DNA of 64,000 bases from a virus. Location of the stretch: positions 1-64,000 of the IMG/VR virus record IMGVR_UViG_3300000651_000003; one strand, 5' to 3'. The first letter of the stretch is position 1. Each line of letters opens with the position of its first letter. Of the stretch, positions 43,324 through 53,845 are shown one piece after another. Below the pieces are notes generated by a model, which was not told where the DNA came from, ran no database searches, and saw nothing but the letters and a program-made list of their open reading frames with translations. The position numbers and the translations under genes were made by a program.

Positions 43324-43812
43324 ATGGGAGAAAGCCTGTTAGACGCCCGTTTTGCGCAAAATACAGCCGTTTTAGACCCTGCCTGCGATCCTTTTGCTAC
43401 CCTTCTTTTGACGGAAGCCCTGACTTGGGTCGGGACTCCCTTTAAACGGGGCCAGAGAATCAAGGGGATTGGGATTGACTGTGGTAGGTTTATCGACGCC
43501 TGCTTTGAGGCTGCCGGGGTAGAGACGGGAGGGTTGCCACTTAGTTACAGTGGCGGCTCGCTGCTCTACCTGCTAGAAAACTGCATCCTTCAAGAGGTTG
43601 GCGACCGCAGGTTGATTCAGCCGGCTGACGTACTGGCCTTTGCGGACGAGAACTGTCGGAATATGGACGAGCCTGTTCACGTAGCATTCGTTGAAAAAGT
43701 GACTCCTATGACCACTTTTATCATCGAAGCTGGACGCAAAGGTGTTTCTCGCCACCGCATACATAATCTTTGGTGGCGCCGTCTTCATTCTATTTGGCAC
43801 TATCCTAGATGA
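43324..43812 (+). CDS. NlpC/P60 tail-associated peptidase
   Basis: A.TWVGTPF....KG.GIDC...HVA. Confidence 0.85.
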   Translation: MGESLLDARFAQNTAVLDPACDPFATLLLTEALTWVGTPFKRGQRIKGIGIDCGRFIDACFEAAGVETGGLPLSYSGGSLLYLLENCILQEVGDRRLIQPADVLAFADENCRNMDEPVHVAFVEKVTPMTTFIIEAGRKGVSRHRIHNLWWRRLHSIWHYPR

Positions 43813-46800
43813 GCAAAAAACGCGACCAACTTATAAAGTCAATCGTGTCCGGGAAAATCAATGATCCCGTGACCATTGCTATCTCTGCCGGCCTCGCCAT
43901 AGGAGGGCAGTTCCTTAGTAAATTACTAGCTCCCAAACAACCCAAACAACAGGTTGGGCTAATGAGCGGTACTGTTCAGATACAAACGTCTGAGCAAGGT
44001 ACATTCATCCCGGAAATTTACGGAGCCGCGCCGTCTGTAGCCTTGGTCACTCCAACTGCGATTACTTGGTCGAGTGTAGTTAATGCCACGACGGGAGCCA
44101 ACGGAGCAATACACAAAAACGGATCGCCTACCACTTATGGAGCGGGTACCCCCGCAGATCAATTCTGGAATGCAGGTGCAGTGTTTGCAGTTCCACTCGC
44201 TGCTGGTCAAGACGCATTTATACAATTTCAACTAGACGACTCGTCTACTAATTTCAGTGGCAGCGCAGTAGGGTTTTGTCTCAACACAACTCCTCAATCT
44301 GGTCTCGGTGGCCCGCCGGGATTTCCTAACCTCGAATTTGGGATAATCGGGGGTACCAACATTACTGGGCAGAATAATGTATCCGCTAACATCATATCCC
44401 ATACATACTCCACCATATCGCAAAACGTGGGCGGTCCATCGTTAGGAAACTGGTACCCGGGAGATGTCTTTCGGATTGAACGCCGCAATAACATCTACCA
44501 TCTCTACCGCGGGTTCGCTGAAGTAGGTAATTTCACGCCTCCTACTCCAACCGCAGTCGTGTATCTGGCTTGGGCCGGCTGGCGCAATAGCTTTGGTTTG
44601 ATAAATGCGTACTACGCAGTGGGCAACATAGGCCCACCTCCTAGCGCAGGGTCTGGCGGATGCAAAGTGCCCGGGCAAGTTATCTGGGCCAAACCTCCTG
44701 AGAAACATCAGTACACCAGTCAGCAAACTACTGGCTCAGGCAAGCATGCCTCTACAACTACCGTTGAGCAAATCTACTACACGATCGACATTCGTTATCT
44801 CTATGCTCGAGGTGGCCCGGGCACCGGTCTTCAGTTATTACGCGAGTATGGCAACACTGACATAATCGTTCACCAAGACCCAAACCTGAACACTCAGTCG
44901 AACGTATATAACCCGTCTCTGGGTGATATTGGCGTTTACGATCCTAAAACTCCTCCCGATCCTACTCAGTGGGAAAAGTCTACTGTACAGAAAAATGATG
45001 GCGACCTAACGTTACTCGACGGCGGCATCGGCGCAGGAGGTGGCTACGGTGGCAGCATTCAGGGTGGTGCATCCACTGTAGAAGTCTACCCGGGAACTTT
45101 GGTTCAAGATATCAGCCCTACAGAAGAAGCAGATATAGACGGTAAATACGGCGCAGGGTCAACTCCGGCTCACCGCGGTACAGCAGGTACTCTCAAACCG
45201 GCATTCAACCTTCAGCGCTGGGATAATCTAGTACCAAATCACACAGCAGTCTGGCAACATTCTTCATTGAAGATGCTCTCAGACATTTACTCATACCTAT
45301 GTACGAACAGAATCGTTGACCAGTACGGCAACCCCCTGTTAGGTGCCGGGGTTTCAAATATTGAATTTCTAACCTCTGTGGTTCATGGTTCCGTTAGAAG
45401 TAACTTCACAGGTCAAGTGGGAATTCGATTTACTACTCCCAACTCAAGTCCGCCAACAATCAGCGCTTTGGGACGCATGAGACGTTCTACTAACACCCAG
45501 ACGCATGCAGTGACTCTTTACAAAGACGATGGAACAGTAATCGCGACTGTGAATGTGGATTGTTCAAGCGGTACTCCTGATGCTTTCAAATACGTAAGCA
45601 TCACGCCTGTGACTTTACTTACCAATACGATCTATCACTTGCTTAGCGCGGAAACGAATGGCGGAGATGAGTGGTATGACGATGTAGGGAGTTCTTTCAT
45701 AGCAGATCCAGCAGTAGGGGGCACTGTCTTCTCCAATTTCACAACGTCAGTGCCAACTTGGAGTGACCATACATCAAACCTCGCTTACGTTCCGGTAAAT
45801 CTTCAGTACCAAATAGGAGCCGGTAATCAGGACTTAGACTTCTCGGATGCATCTGCTGTGGTTTGTCGAGGCTTGTTAATCGACGGACGCAGGTATTCTC
45901 CAGCCGAGATTATTGATAATGAAGACCTACAGGACTGCTACAATTATTTCTCAACAGAAGGCGATGGTAAGCTGTTATTGTTCCAGAATGGAAATGAGCC
46001 TGCAATTACAATTCCGTGGCAAGACATAAACTGGGTAGAAGCAGGCAGCCAGCAGGAAGCTAGTGAGGGATCGATCATATCCGCTACCAAGCTGGATGAA
46101 ACAAAGTTCGACTATGAAGTTGATTTAAAATACGTCAACCCCGGGAACGACTGGGAACCTGACCAGCAGAGCTATATCCGCAAAGTAACACTGGGCACAA
46201 ACAGAAGCCAACTCCAAGTTCAGGCCACTATGAACCCCGACGAGGCTAAGCAGGCCGTTACTCGACGATCGTTTAGAAAATATGTGGGTGAGCCGGTCAA
46301 GTTCAAATTGACTTGGAAGTACATGTACATCTGGCCCGGCTACCGTATCACTACTACTGACCCAGACGGCGAAACTTACGTGATGAGACTAACGGGGGTT
46401 TCAGGAGGAATCGGCATTCGAGATTGCGAAGCTGTTCTTCTTGAGCCGGCTATGTACACTCAATCTCTCAGTGGCGGCATAGCCCCTTTCCACATTCCAC
46501 CGATTCCAATTCCTGCTACCACGATTCTTGCAGCGATGGATGTACCGGCATTCCGCCCGGGAGAAGAAAATCAGTTTGGTATGTATTTCGCCGGCTGCCC
46601 ACGACAGACAGACACTCAACAATGGTTTGGGTTTGGGCTGTACATAAAACGGCCTTCGCAGGTTGAGTACTCGAAGTTAGACGATTTCTCTGGCACCCCT
46701 GCTACTCTGGGCAAGATTGCAAGCGCTACTGATTTGTTAACTGACCCAACAGTATGCGGAGTGACAATAACCGCGAACTCGTCGACCGACTACATCACGA

Positions 46801-48311
46801 CCGCAAACGGCGTTACTCTGAATAACGGAGCAGCGTTTACTCTACTAAACTCTGGTGGTGCATTGCCGGCACCGCTGGTTGCTGGAACAACATACTTTGT
46901 GGTAAACGCTGACTTGGTCAATAGTAGGTTCCAAGTCTCGGCTACCTCTGGTGGCTCGGTAATCAACTTAACCACGAATGGCACAGGTACGAATCTTCTT
47001 TATGTAGGCAAAATCACAGTAGATTTGTACGGGTCTCTGGCTACTCTGCCGAGTGCCACGTCAGAGACCGACATGAGGTCTGGTACGAATCGAGTTGTGA
47101 TGGGAGATACGATCTGCGGCTACATATGGGCAACTCAAGTCGCTGGATATCCGAACAGGTGGGAGCTAACCGGTCTTCTGAATGGTCTGTACGGCACAGT
47201 TGACCACATAACAGACACTCAAGTCGGACGCAACTTCTGTTTCATGGATGCAAATGTACATTTCGTATCTCTTAACGCAAACACTGACTTAAACGTGACT
47301 CTGCCTATCAAGGCAGTTTCAATCTTTCAAGACTTGGCAGATGCAGCAGATTTGTCTGTCGTGTGTACAGGTAATTCAGCAAGGGTGGTTCCTGTGTCAT
47401 TAGGTTCTATGGCTGCGTGGTTCGATGCCACAAATGGTAATGCGCTTCTAGAATGGGTAGGTACTTCTACCCTGACTCCGGGATTGGTAGAGTCTTACGA
47501 CCTTGAGATGAGGGACGGCCCCGGCTCAGGAGCAACTACCAAACTCGCGTTGGTCGTTACGCCAGAGCTGAATTTGTTGGCAGGTAACACTCCTCCTCTT
47601 AAAACCGCTGCTGGCAATACGCTGCCGGGAGGGCAGATTGCATACAGTGACCCCGGTGGCGTAGCATTTACCTACTTCTTGCACGACTTCGATATCAATA
47701 ACTATACAGGTTCGGTACAATCAAAAACAACAGCGAACCCGATAGGTACATTCGTGGAGTTTCAAGTGCAAGCAGGAGTGACTAGTCAGCCAAGCAATAA
47801 CGTGGCACCGAGATTCTTACAGCTAAACACAGATGACAATCTTTCCATCTACGGTTGGGTGCGTTTAGGGCAGATAAATGTTACCACAACTGTTTACTGT
47901 CCCTATGAAAATGCCGGTACCACGGGAACACCTTTCTATCAACTTACTCCCGGTGACCGCATGGGAATAATGTTCCAGCCTGACGGTACAGTTCTATATT
48001 TTATCAATTACCAAGGGCCGAGCAGTCAACCGTTTTTCACTTCCCCAAACAAGTTTGATAAGACGAAGGTCTATCGCATAAACATTATTGAAGGCGATCC
48101 ATCACAATCTCCCGGCACTACAGTATTGTCCTCTGTTAAAAGTGTTAGGTGGTCAAGACCCAATCCAGAATTCATGTTAACCGGTGACATGCAGAAAGGT
48201 TACAACAGCGGAAGTCTACCGGGGACAATTTACGGTAGAATCCGCCAGCATTCCTTCAATGCTGCTGGAAATGTGAGTGCGTGGACTTACTTCCAATTCT
48301 TAAGGGTGTAG
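43809..48311 (+). CDS. Tail tip / host-specificity protein (GTA-like) with inserted beta domains
   Basis: S..G..IPEIYG, G.VIW, VYPGT..Q..P, PAHRG.A, V.LKY.....DWEP..Q, WELTGLL.G.YGT. Confidence 0.8.
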   Translation: MSKKRDQLIKSIVSGKINDPVTIAISAGLAIGGQFLSKLLAPKQPKQQVGLMSGTVQIQTSEQGTFIPEIYGAAPSVALVTPTAITWSSVVNATTGANGAIHKNGSPTTYGAGTPADQFWNAGAVFAVPLAAGQDAFIQFQLDDSSTNFSGSAVGFCLNTTPQSGLGGPPGFPNLEFGIIGGTNITGQNNVSANIISHTYSTISQNVGGPSLGNWYPGDVFRIERRNNIYHLYRGFAEVGNFTPPTPTAVVYLAWAGWRNSFGLINAYYAVGNIGPPPSAGSGGCKVPGQVIWAKPPEKHQYTSQQTTGSGKHASTTTVEQIYYTIDIRYLYARGGPGTGLQLLREYGNTDIIVHQDPNLNTQSNVYNPSLGDIGVYDPKTPPDPTQWEKSTVQKNDGDLTLLDGGIGAGGGYGGSIQGGASTVEVYPGTLVQDISPTEEADIDGKYGAGSTPAHRGTAGTLKPAFNLQRWDNLVPNHTAVWQHSSLKMLSDIYSYLCTNRIVDQYGNPLLGAGVSNIEFLTSVVHGSVRSNFTGQVGIRFTTPNSSPPTISALGRMRRSTNTQTHAVTLYKDDGTVIATVNVDCSSGTPDAFKYVSITPVTLLTNTIYHLLSAETNGGDEWYDDVGSSFIADPAVGGTVFSNFTTSVPTWSDHTSNLAYVPVNLQYQIGAGNQDLDFSDASAVVCRGLLIDGRRYSPAEIIDNEDLQDCYNYFSTEGDGKLLLFQNGNEPAITIPWQDINWVEAGSQQEASEGSIISATKLDETKFDYEVDLKYVNPGNDWEPDQQSYIRKVTLGTNRSQLQVQATMNPDEAKQAVTRRSFRKYVGEPVKFKLTWKYMYIWPGYRITTTDPDGETYVMRLTGVSGGIGIRDCEAVLLEPAMYTQSLSGGIAPFHIPPIPIPATTILAAMDVPAFRPGEENQFGMYFAGCPRQTDTQQWFGFGLYIKRPSQVEYSKLDDFSGTPATLGKIASATDLLTDPTVCGVTITANSSTDYITTANGVTLNNGAAFTLLNSGGALPAPLVAGTTYFVVNADLVNSRFQVSATSGGSVINLTTNGTGTNLLYVGKITVDLYGSLATLPSATSETDMRSGTNRVVMGDTICGYIWATQVAGYPNRWELTGLLNGLYGTVDHITDTQVGRNFCFMDANVHFVSLNANTDLNVTLPIKAVSIFQDLADAADLSVVCTGNSARVVPVSLGSMAAWFDATNGNALLEWVGTSTLTPGLVESYDLEMRDGPGSGATTKLALVVTPELNLLAGNTPPLKTAAGNTLPGGQIAYSDPGGVAFTYFLHDFDINNYTGSVQSKTTANPIGTFVEFQVQAGVTSQPSNNVAPRFLQLNTDDNLSIYGWVRLGQINVTTTVYCPYENAGTTGTPFYQLTPGDRMGIMFQPDGTVLYFINYQGPSSQPFFTSPNKFDKTKVYRINIIEGDPSQSPGTTVLSSVKSVRWSRPNPEFMLTGDMQKGYNSGSLPGTIYGRIRQHSFNAAGNVSAWTYFQFLRV

Positions 48312-48312
48312 A

Positions 48313-51300
48313 ATGGCGAGACCAGATTTCACAGTACCTCTCAATCTAATCAAAAAACCTCTTCTAGACCTTGAAGATTGGGTTGACCAATATCAAACTG
48401 TTCATCTTGATACCGACTATGCCAGCCTGAGCGCCGCTGTGTCTGCAATAGGTTCTGCACAATCGAAGCTAATAATCACAAGACCCAATTTCGTTGTTGG
48501 TACAACTTGTTCAGTGCCTGCTACTCTGCTTATTGAATTCGGTGCTGATGGATTCCTTAATCTGACTAGCGGGCAGACAGCAACCATCCTAAGTCCCACA
48601 AATCTGTGGCCCAACAGACAGCTATTCATTGATTTTGGTGGTAGTGTTAAATTCGCTGCCGGCGTTACAGTTAACCCTGTGTGGTGGCCCGATCTAACTG
48701 CTACTGTACCTGCTCCCACGAATGCTCCTACTCTGTCTGTCGGTGGAACAGGAGTCAGTGCTGGATTAGTGAATGGCACCTCATACAAGGTAGCATACAC
48801 CTATCGGGCTTGGAATGGTGAGACCGGCATATCTCCTGCTAGTGCTGCATTCACAGCAGTCACTAATCAAGGAGTAGCTGCGTTAGCGATCGCCTCACTG
48901 GCAGATAATTCTAAGTGGGCAGTGCAGGCTCACTTCTACATGTCTAACGATGGAGGTACTACTTGGCATAGAACAGACACTGTTACCGATCCTAATTTTC
49001 CGGGAGCTGGAGCTTTCTGTGAATCTGAACCTTTTGGGGGCACCGTGCTTCTTTGGAATGCTTCTGGAGCAGCACCACCGGGAGGTGCAGCTACCACAAC
49101 AACCAAGACTAGTAGAACGGTGAGTCCTCCTGCGAATGCTCCTACTGTCACTCAGCTGGCAAATATAGCAGCAACCACTTACTATGGCGCATTTTCATTC
49201 TTGTGCGGAGACGGAACAGAAAGCGCCTTGAGTGCTATCTCTGCCGGGCAGGCTGTTACTGCTGGTCAATGGATAAATTTCCGTATAAACAATGAACCTC
49301 CCTCAGGGGCTGTTGCAATTCGTAGGTATCTCGGAACAGTGGCATCTGCAGGGTCGATGCACTTGCAGGACACTGTACCTTTATTCCACGTCAATGGCAT
49401 GATTCATACCTACAACTCTGGAGGAGCAGCCCCTTCAGCCGGATCAGCCCACTCAGTTGTTGGTGGATTCCAGAGAGCGTGGGATGCAATTATCGAATCA
49501 GGCGGTGGTGCAATATTAGTAACCACATCGCTGAATTTCCAGTGCCCACTGATACTTCGACTAAAGAATCAGGCTGGAACTACTGTAACAGGTACTCGAG
49601 TTCAAGGCGTAGCGAGTGACCAACTGAATAATGCATCATCAGGCAGGTTAGTTTATACAGGCACGCAGACCGGTATAGTTGGTATTTTAGCTTGTGGTTC
49701 AGCAATTACTTGGAGCGGTCTTGATACCAGAGACGTAAATAACAGAATCAAATACGGTTGGGTAGGATGTGATTTCTATGGTGCAGGCGGTTTCGAATCT
49801 ATCTGGCACAGGTCATACTTCGAAGCTAATTTTGCTGGTGGCATCGGTGGCCACATCTCCGTATTGGGGGCCAGCCCATCATCTCATATATGCTCCGAAC
49901 AGTTTTTTGATAATGTGATATTCAGCGGCAAGGCTTGGGGATTCGACCCTAGAGGAGGACAGACGGGAGACCTAATTTTTAGAAACTGTTCCTTTAACAC
50001 TCAAGGTGATTCGAACTCAGCAAATTCCGGTAACTTGAGACTAGGTGCTGGCTTCAACACACACTTTGAAGGGATGACCTCTTTAGGAGGAGGCGGTGAG
50101 TACAGGATTGCTTGCGTAGGGGATTACCCTCACCCGCTCTACGGTAGATTCACTGGTATAATTGAAGGCTGTTTAAATGATGCGTCGTCAGCTGGAGTAG
50201 CATTCCTGTTCTATAGCTCACCCAATAACAGTGGTGCGGCTTATCAAATGGAATTGATTGGAAATTCTTTCCAATCAAATGACGGAGATACTCTGGCCGT
50301 GTATTCATACGCAGCTCTACAACTAACCCTAGCTGGTAATAAAGGACCCGGTAGGCTTGCTTGGATAAACTTCACTGCTACTAGCAGTTTTTCCGCTGGT
50401 TCGAACCCGTTTATCACAGCAGTAGGCGGTGACAATTTCCTGTCTCAAACATTAGGCGATGTCAAAATCAATGATTCAGTACACATCGACTATACTCGTA
50501 AAGGTCTCACCCTATACACGTCCAGCCTAGCGCTACATAATGAGTCTGGGCAGAAATCTCTCATAGGTACGAATGCTGGCGGAGACATCTCAGTATCGCC
50601 GGCGAGAAGCGTACAAGTCAATGCAAGCACACCTGTAATCGTTAGCACGAACACAGACTCAAACATCAACGCCCCGCGTGATATCTACATCGATGGGCGC
50701 TTTGCTTATATCGCGTGCTACTCTGCCAACAGCATTCGCATCCACGACATTTCGAATCCGCTTTCGCTGGCAAACGGAATCAGCGCGCTGACGGATGCGA
50801 CGAATCTAAACGGTGCCTACAAACTGTGGGTTGCTGGCGGCTATGCTTTTGTATGTTGCGCCAATGCCGGCCGACTGACTGCGGTCGATGTCCGGAATCC
50901 TAACGTGCCGGCCGTTGCGAGTTCGCTTGCCGATGCCACCAACTTCGGCGCGGGTCTTATCGGCATTCAGGTGGTTGGCAGATACGCATACGTGGTCAGC
51001 GAGGCGGGCAATCGAATCACCATCGTCGACGTGAGCAATCCGGGCGCGATGGTCGTTAAAGGTTCATTGCAGGACGCTACCAATCTGAATGGCGCTTATG
51101 CCATCAGAGTGCTTGGCAAGTACGCCTATGTAGGATGCTTCGATGGAAATCGCGTGACGGTAGTTAACATCAGCAATCCTGCGTCGCCCACGGTTGTTGG
51201 CTCAGTTCAAGACGCCACAAATCTCGGCCACCCTGCGCGAGTATATCTCTCGGGTAAGTACCTGTATGTTGCGTGCCAGTCAGTGAATCGCCTTACGGTG

Positions 51301-52137
51301 GTGGACGTGAGCAACCCGGCCTCGCCGTTCGTTGTCGGTTCGGTGCAGGACAATACCATTCTGAATCTAATCACGGACTTAGATGTGATTGACCATTATG
51401 TGATAACGACAGCGCTGACCGCACAACGCATTGCCATCGTAGACGTGGCGACGCCCGCGAGTCCTGTAATCATTTCTTCTCTTAATGACGCGACCAATTT
51501 CAATGGCGTGGTGCCGATTCGAATAGTCGGCAGACATGCGTTTGTTGGCGCAGCCTCGAAGCTGAATGCGGTAGACATTGGCGGAGCGATCCAGACGCTG
51601 GGCCTGACGGCGGGCGGCATAGCGGCGAATCACATTCACGTCGCTGAAGAGTTAGACGTCGCTGGGAGCGGCTACTTTCAGACAGGACTCAATGTCGGCA
51701 TAGGCGGGATCAATTCGCAGGGGCCGCTCTATGCACCCAACGTCATCGATTATGCTGAAGGCACATTCACACCGGGTTTATCATTCGGCGGTGGAACGAC
51801 AGGTATCACATATTCGCTTCAGCAAGGGAGCTACAAAAAGATAGGTAACATGGTGCAGGTTTGGATTCGCATCACGTTGACATCTAAAGGCACCTCTACC
51901 GGTCAGGCCGCTATAACAGGCTTGCCATTTACAGTAGCTACTCCAGCGAATACAATCTCGGGTTTGATCTACCACAACAACATTACATATAACGGAACAA
52001 TTTTAGCAGGTCCCGGTAGCGGCGGAACCACAGCGTCGTTGTGGCAAGTTGTTTCTGCTACAGGAGCGGCAGCGCTCAACGATACCGGATTCACCAATAC
52101 CACCGATTTCATTGTTAGCTTTGCATATCCAATCTAA
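48313..52137 (+). CDS. Tail fibre/spike with beta-helix-like region and LVIVD repeats
   Basis: About six G.YAYV......R.T.VDVSNP..P repeats at ~50670-51580; C-terminal Y.EGTFTP...G.Y.KIGN.V.V module. Confidence 0.8.
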   Translation: MARPDFTVPLNLIKKPLLDLEDWVDQYQTVHLDTDYASLSAAVSAIGSAQSKLIITRPNFVVGTTCSVPATLLIEFGADGFLNLTSGQTATILSPTNLWPNRQLFIDFGGSVKFAAGVTVNPVWWPDLTATVPAPTNAPTLSVGGTGVSAGLVNGTSYKVAYTYRAWNGETGISPASAAFTAVTNQGVAALAIASLADNSKWAVQAHFYMSNDGGTTWHRTDTVTDPNFPGAGAFCESEPFGGTVLLWNASGAAPPGGAATTTTKTSRTVSPPANAPTVTQLANIAATTYYGAFSFLCGDGTESALSAISAGQAVTAGQWINFRINNEPPSGAVAIRRYLGTVASAGSMHLQDTVPLFHVNGMIHTYNSGGAAPSAGSAHSVVGGFQRAWDAIIESGGGAILVTTSLNFQCPLILRLKNQAGTTVTGTRVQGVASDQLNNASSGRLVYTGTQTGIVGILACGSAITWSGLDTRDVNNRIKYGWVGCDFYGAGGFESIWHRSYFEANFAGGIGGHISVLGASPSSHICSEQFFDNVIFSGKAWGFDPRGGQTGDLIFRNCSFNTQGDSNSANSGNLRLGAGFNTHFEGMTSLGGGGEYRIACVGDYPHPLYGRFTGIIEGCLNDASSAGVAFLFYSSPNNSGAAYQMELIGNSFQSNDGDTLAVYSYAALQLTLAGNKGPGRLAWINFTATSSFSAGSNPFITAVGGDNFLSQTLGDVKINDSVHIDYTRKGLTLYTSSLALHNESGQKSLIGTNAGGDISVSPARSVQVNASTPVIVSTNTDSNINAPRDIYIDGRFAYIACYSANSIRIHDISNPLSLANGISALTDATNLNGAYKLWVAGGYAFVCCANAGRLTAVDVRNPNVPAVASSLADATNFGAGLIGIQVVGRYAYVVSEAGNRITIVDVSNPGAMVVKGSLQDATNLNGAYAIRVLGKYAYVGCFDGNRVTVVNISNPASPTVVGSVQDATNLGHPARVYLSGKYLYVACQSVNRLTVVDVSNPASPFVVGSVQDNTILNLITDLDVIDHYVITTALTAQRIAIVDVATPASPVIISSLNDATNFNGVVPIRIVGRHAFVGAASKLNAVDIGGAIQTLGLTAGGIAANHIHVAEELDVAGSGYFQTGLNVGIGGINSQGPLYAPNVIDYAEGTFTPGLSFGGGTTGITYSLQQGSYKKIGNMVQVWIRITLTSKGTSTGQAAITGLPFTVATPANTISGLIYHNNITYNGTILAGPGSGGTTASLWQVVSATGAAALNDTGFTNTTDFIVSFAYPI

Positions 52138-52212
52138 GGAAAAAAGTGAGACTAGGTAATTGTTTCGAGATTATCAGTTAAAATTGACAGCTCGAAGAAA
52201 GGATCCCTTTAC

Positions 52213-52932
52213 ATGGCTGACTTCACTACTTTAACGCTAGACGCGAATAGAGGTACTCAAGGCACTCCAGTATGGGTATCCGTACTTGGCGCGAATAAAG
52301 AAACACGCTGGTCTGATAGCAACGCGCAAAACAATGTTGCCTCTGCCTCATGGCCAGCGATGATTCGCCCCGGCTCGACACAAAACGTCGCATACACATA
52401 TGCATTTACAGCCGACGCGACTGGTGACGGCTACATAGGTTCGAGCGGTGGCACTGTACCGAGCTTCTCCAACTCGAATTACAATTGGGGCAGATGGAAC
52501 TGGGACAATACTGGTACGTTTGCCAGTGCTCCTATCATGACCTCATATCCGACCACTGCCCACGGTTCAATCACTCGAGGTGACAACTCCCTGCTGGGTG
52601 GCAATACAACGGACACCGGAGCTACTCAGCGCAGCTATCTGAAGGCCAACATCTTCGGTCGCGTTGATTCTGCAGGCGCCCCTGCCGCCGCCCCTACCAA
52701 TGCTCCTGTTGTGACTGACGGAGCTACCGGATCAGTTTCTCCAACAGCCGGAGCTAACTGGGCAACGAATTACCAAGGTCTGCAAGGTGACAATGACTAT
52801 TTAACTTTCCCGAACACTCCGGCTGCAACCACCGCAGATACTCAACACTGCATCTTCGCACTATTTACAGGGCCGAATATGACACCCAGCACTTACACAG
52901 TAGTGATTACTCTGAAGTACACTTGGACCTAA
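52213..52932 (+). CDS. Thr/Gly/Asn-rich putative virion protein
   Basis: Composition and position after the fibre gene. Confidence 0.6.
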   Translation: MADFTTLTLDANRGTQGTPVWVSVLGANKETRWSDSNAQNNVASASWPAMIRPGSTQNVAYTYAFTADATGDGYIGSSGGTVPSFSNSNYNWGRWNWDNTGTFASAPIMTSYPTTAHGSITRGDNSLLGGNTTDTGATQRSYLKANIFGRVDSAGAPAAAPTNAPVVTDGATGSVSPTAGANWATNYQGLQGDNDYLTFPNTPAATTADTQHCIFALFTGPNMTPSTYTVVITLKYTWT

Positions 52933-52945
52933 AAAAGGAGCTCGA

Positions 52946-53845
52946 ATGAGAATCAGAATTGACGCAGAAGTAGAGGGAACCGAACAGGTTCAAACGTACA
53001 ACGGAGAATCTCCCACGGAAGCAGTTGCTTTCTTAGATAAACTCGAAACCGAGAAGACATTCGTCCTATCATGTAACATGAAAAATGTGAAGCCCGGGGG
53101 AGAATTCTCGTTGGCTCGTAGAGTGACAGGTAAAGATTGTGCGGCGCTACTGTCGGACATAGTTTCGTGGTTGCAGGAACACGGAGCTCCCAAACCAGAA
53201 GCACCGAAGGAATAAATGGAATCTCTCGTAACAACAGTTACGGCAGCGGAACCAATCCGCAATCCTCCTACGCCTTCAAAGTTAGAAGGCATGCAGATTA
53301 CGAGGTCTGGGCGTAGCTGGTGGGCTGTTAGATATCAATCGGGACGAGTTATCAATGAATGGGCAACGCTACAATTCACTAAACTATTCACTCCTCTAGG
53401 ACCTGCACCTACATCTCGCTGGGAAGACATTTCAAAACAAAACATCAATGGTCTCTATCTGTTTTGCCCGAATGGTAGAGTGGGTGCACTTGAAGGTGAT
53501 TACGAGTACTTCCAATTGAAGGTGGGTGGTGCTCATGCGGTATTCTCATTTGGGAATCGGCCAGTAAAGGTAAAGGACAAGCATATTAGAGCTCATATCA
53601 TAGGCAGGGTAGTAGGCGAAAATGGCGAGTGCGAATGTTACGCTTGGGAGTATCAGGAAACACCTTATTCAACATTCTTTTGCCCTCGGTGCGGAGGATG
53701 TGGTAGAAAAAGAAAATCTTGCCCGGGCTGCGGTAGCCAAGAATTGCGGCGAGACCCACTAATACTTTTTCGAGATAATGTGACCAACATGGCCTATGAG
53801 CAGATAGGGACGATTTCTCTGGGCCATCATACAGGAATCAGGTAA
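52946..53845 (+). CDS. Two hypothetical proteins (52946-53215; 53216-53845 with CxxC zinc ribbon)
   Basis: RBSs present; CPRCGGC..CPGC. Confidence 0.6.
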
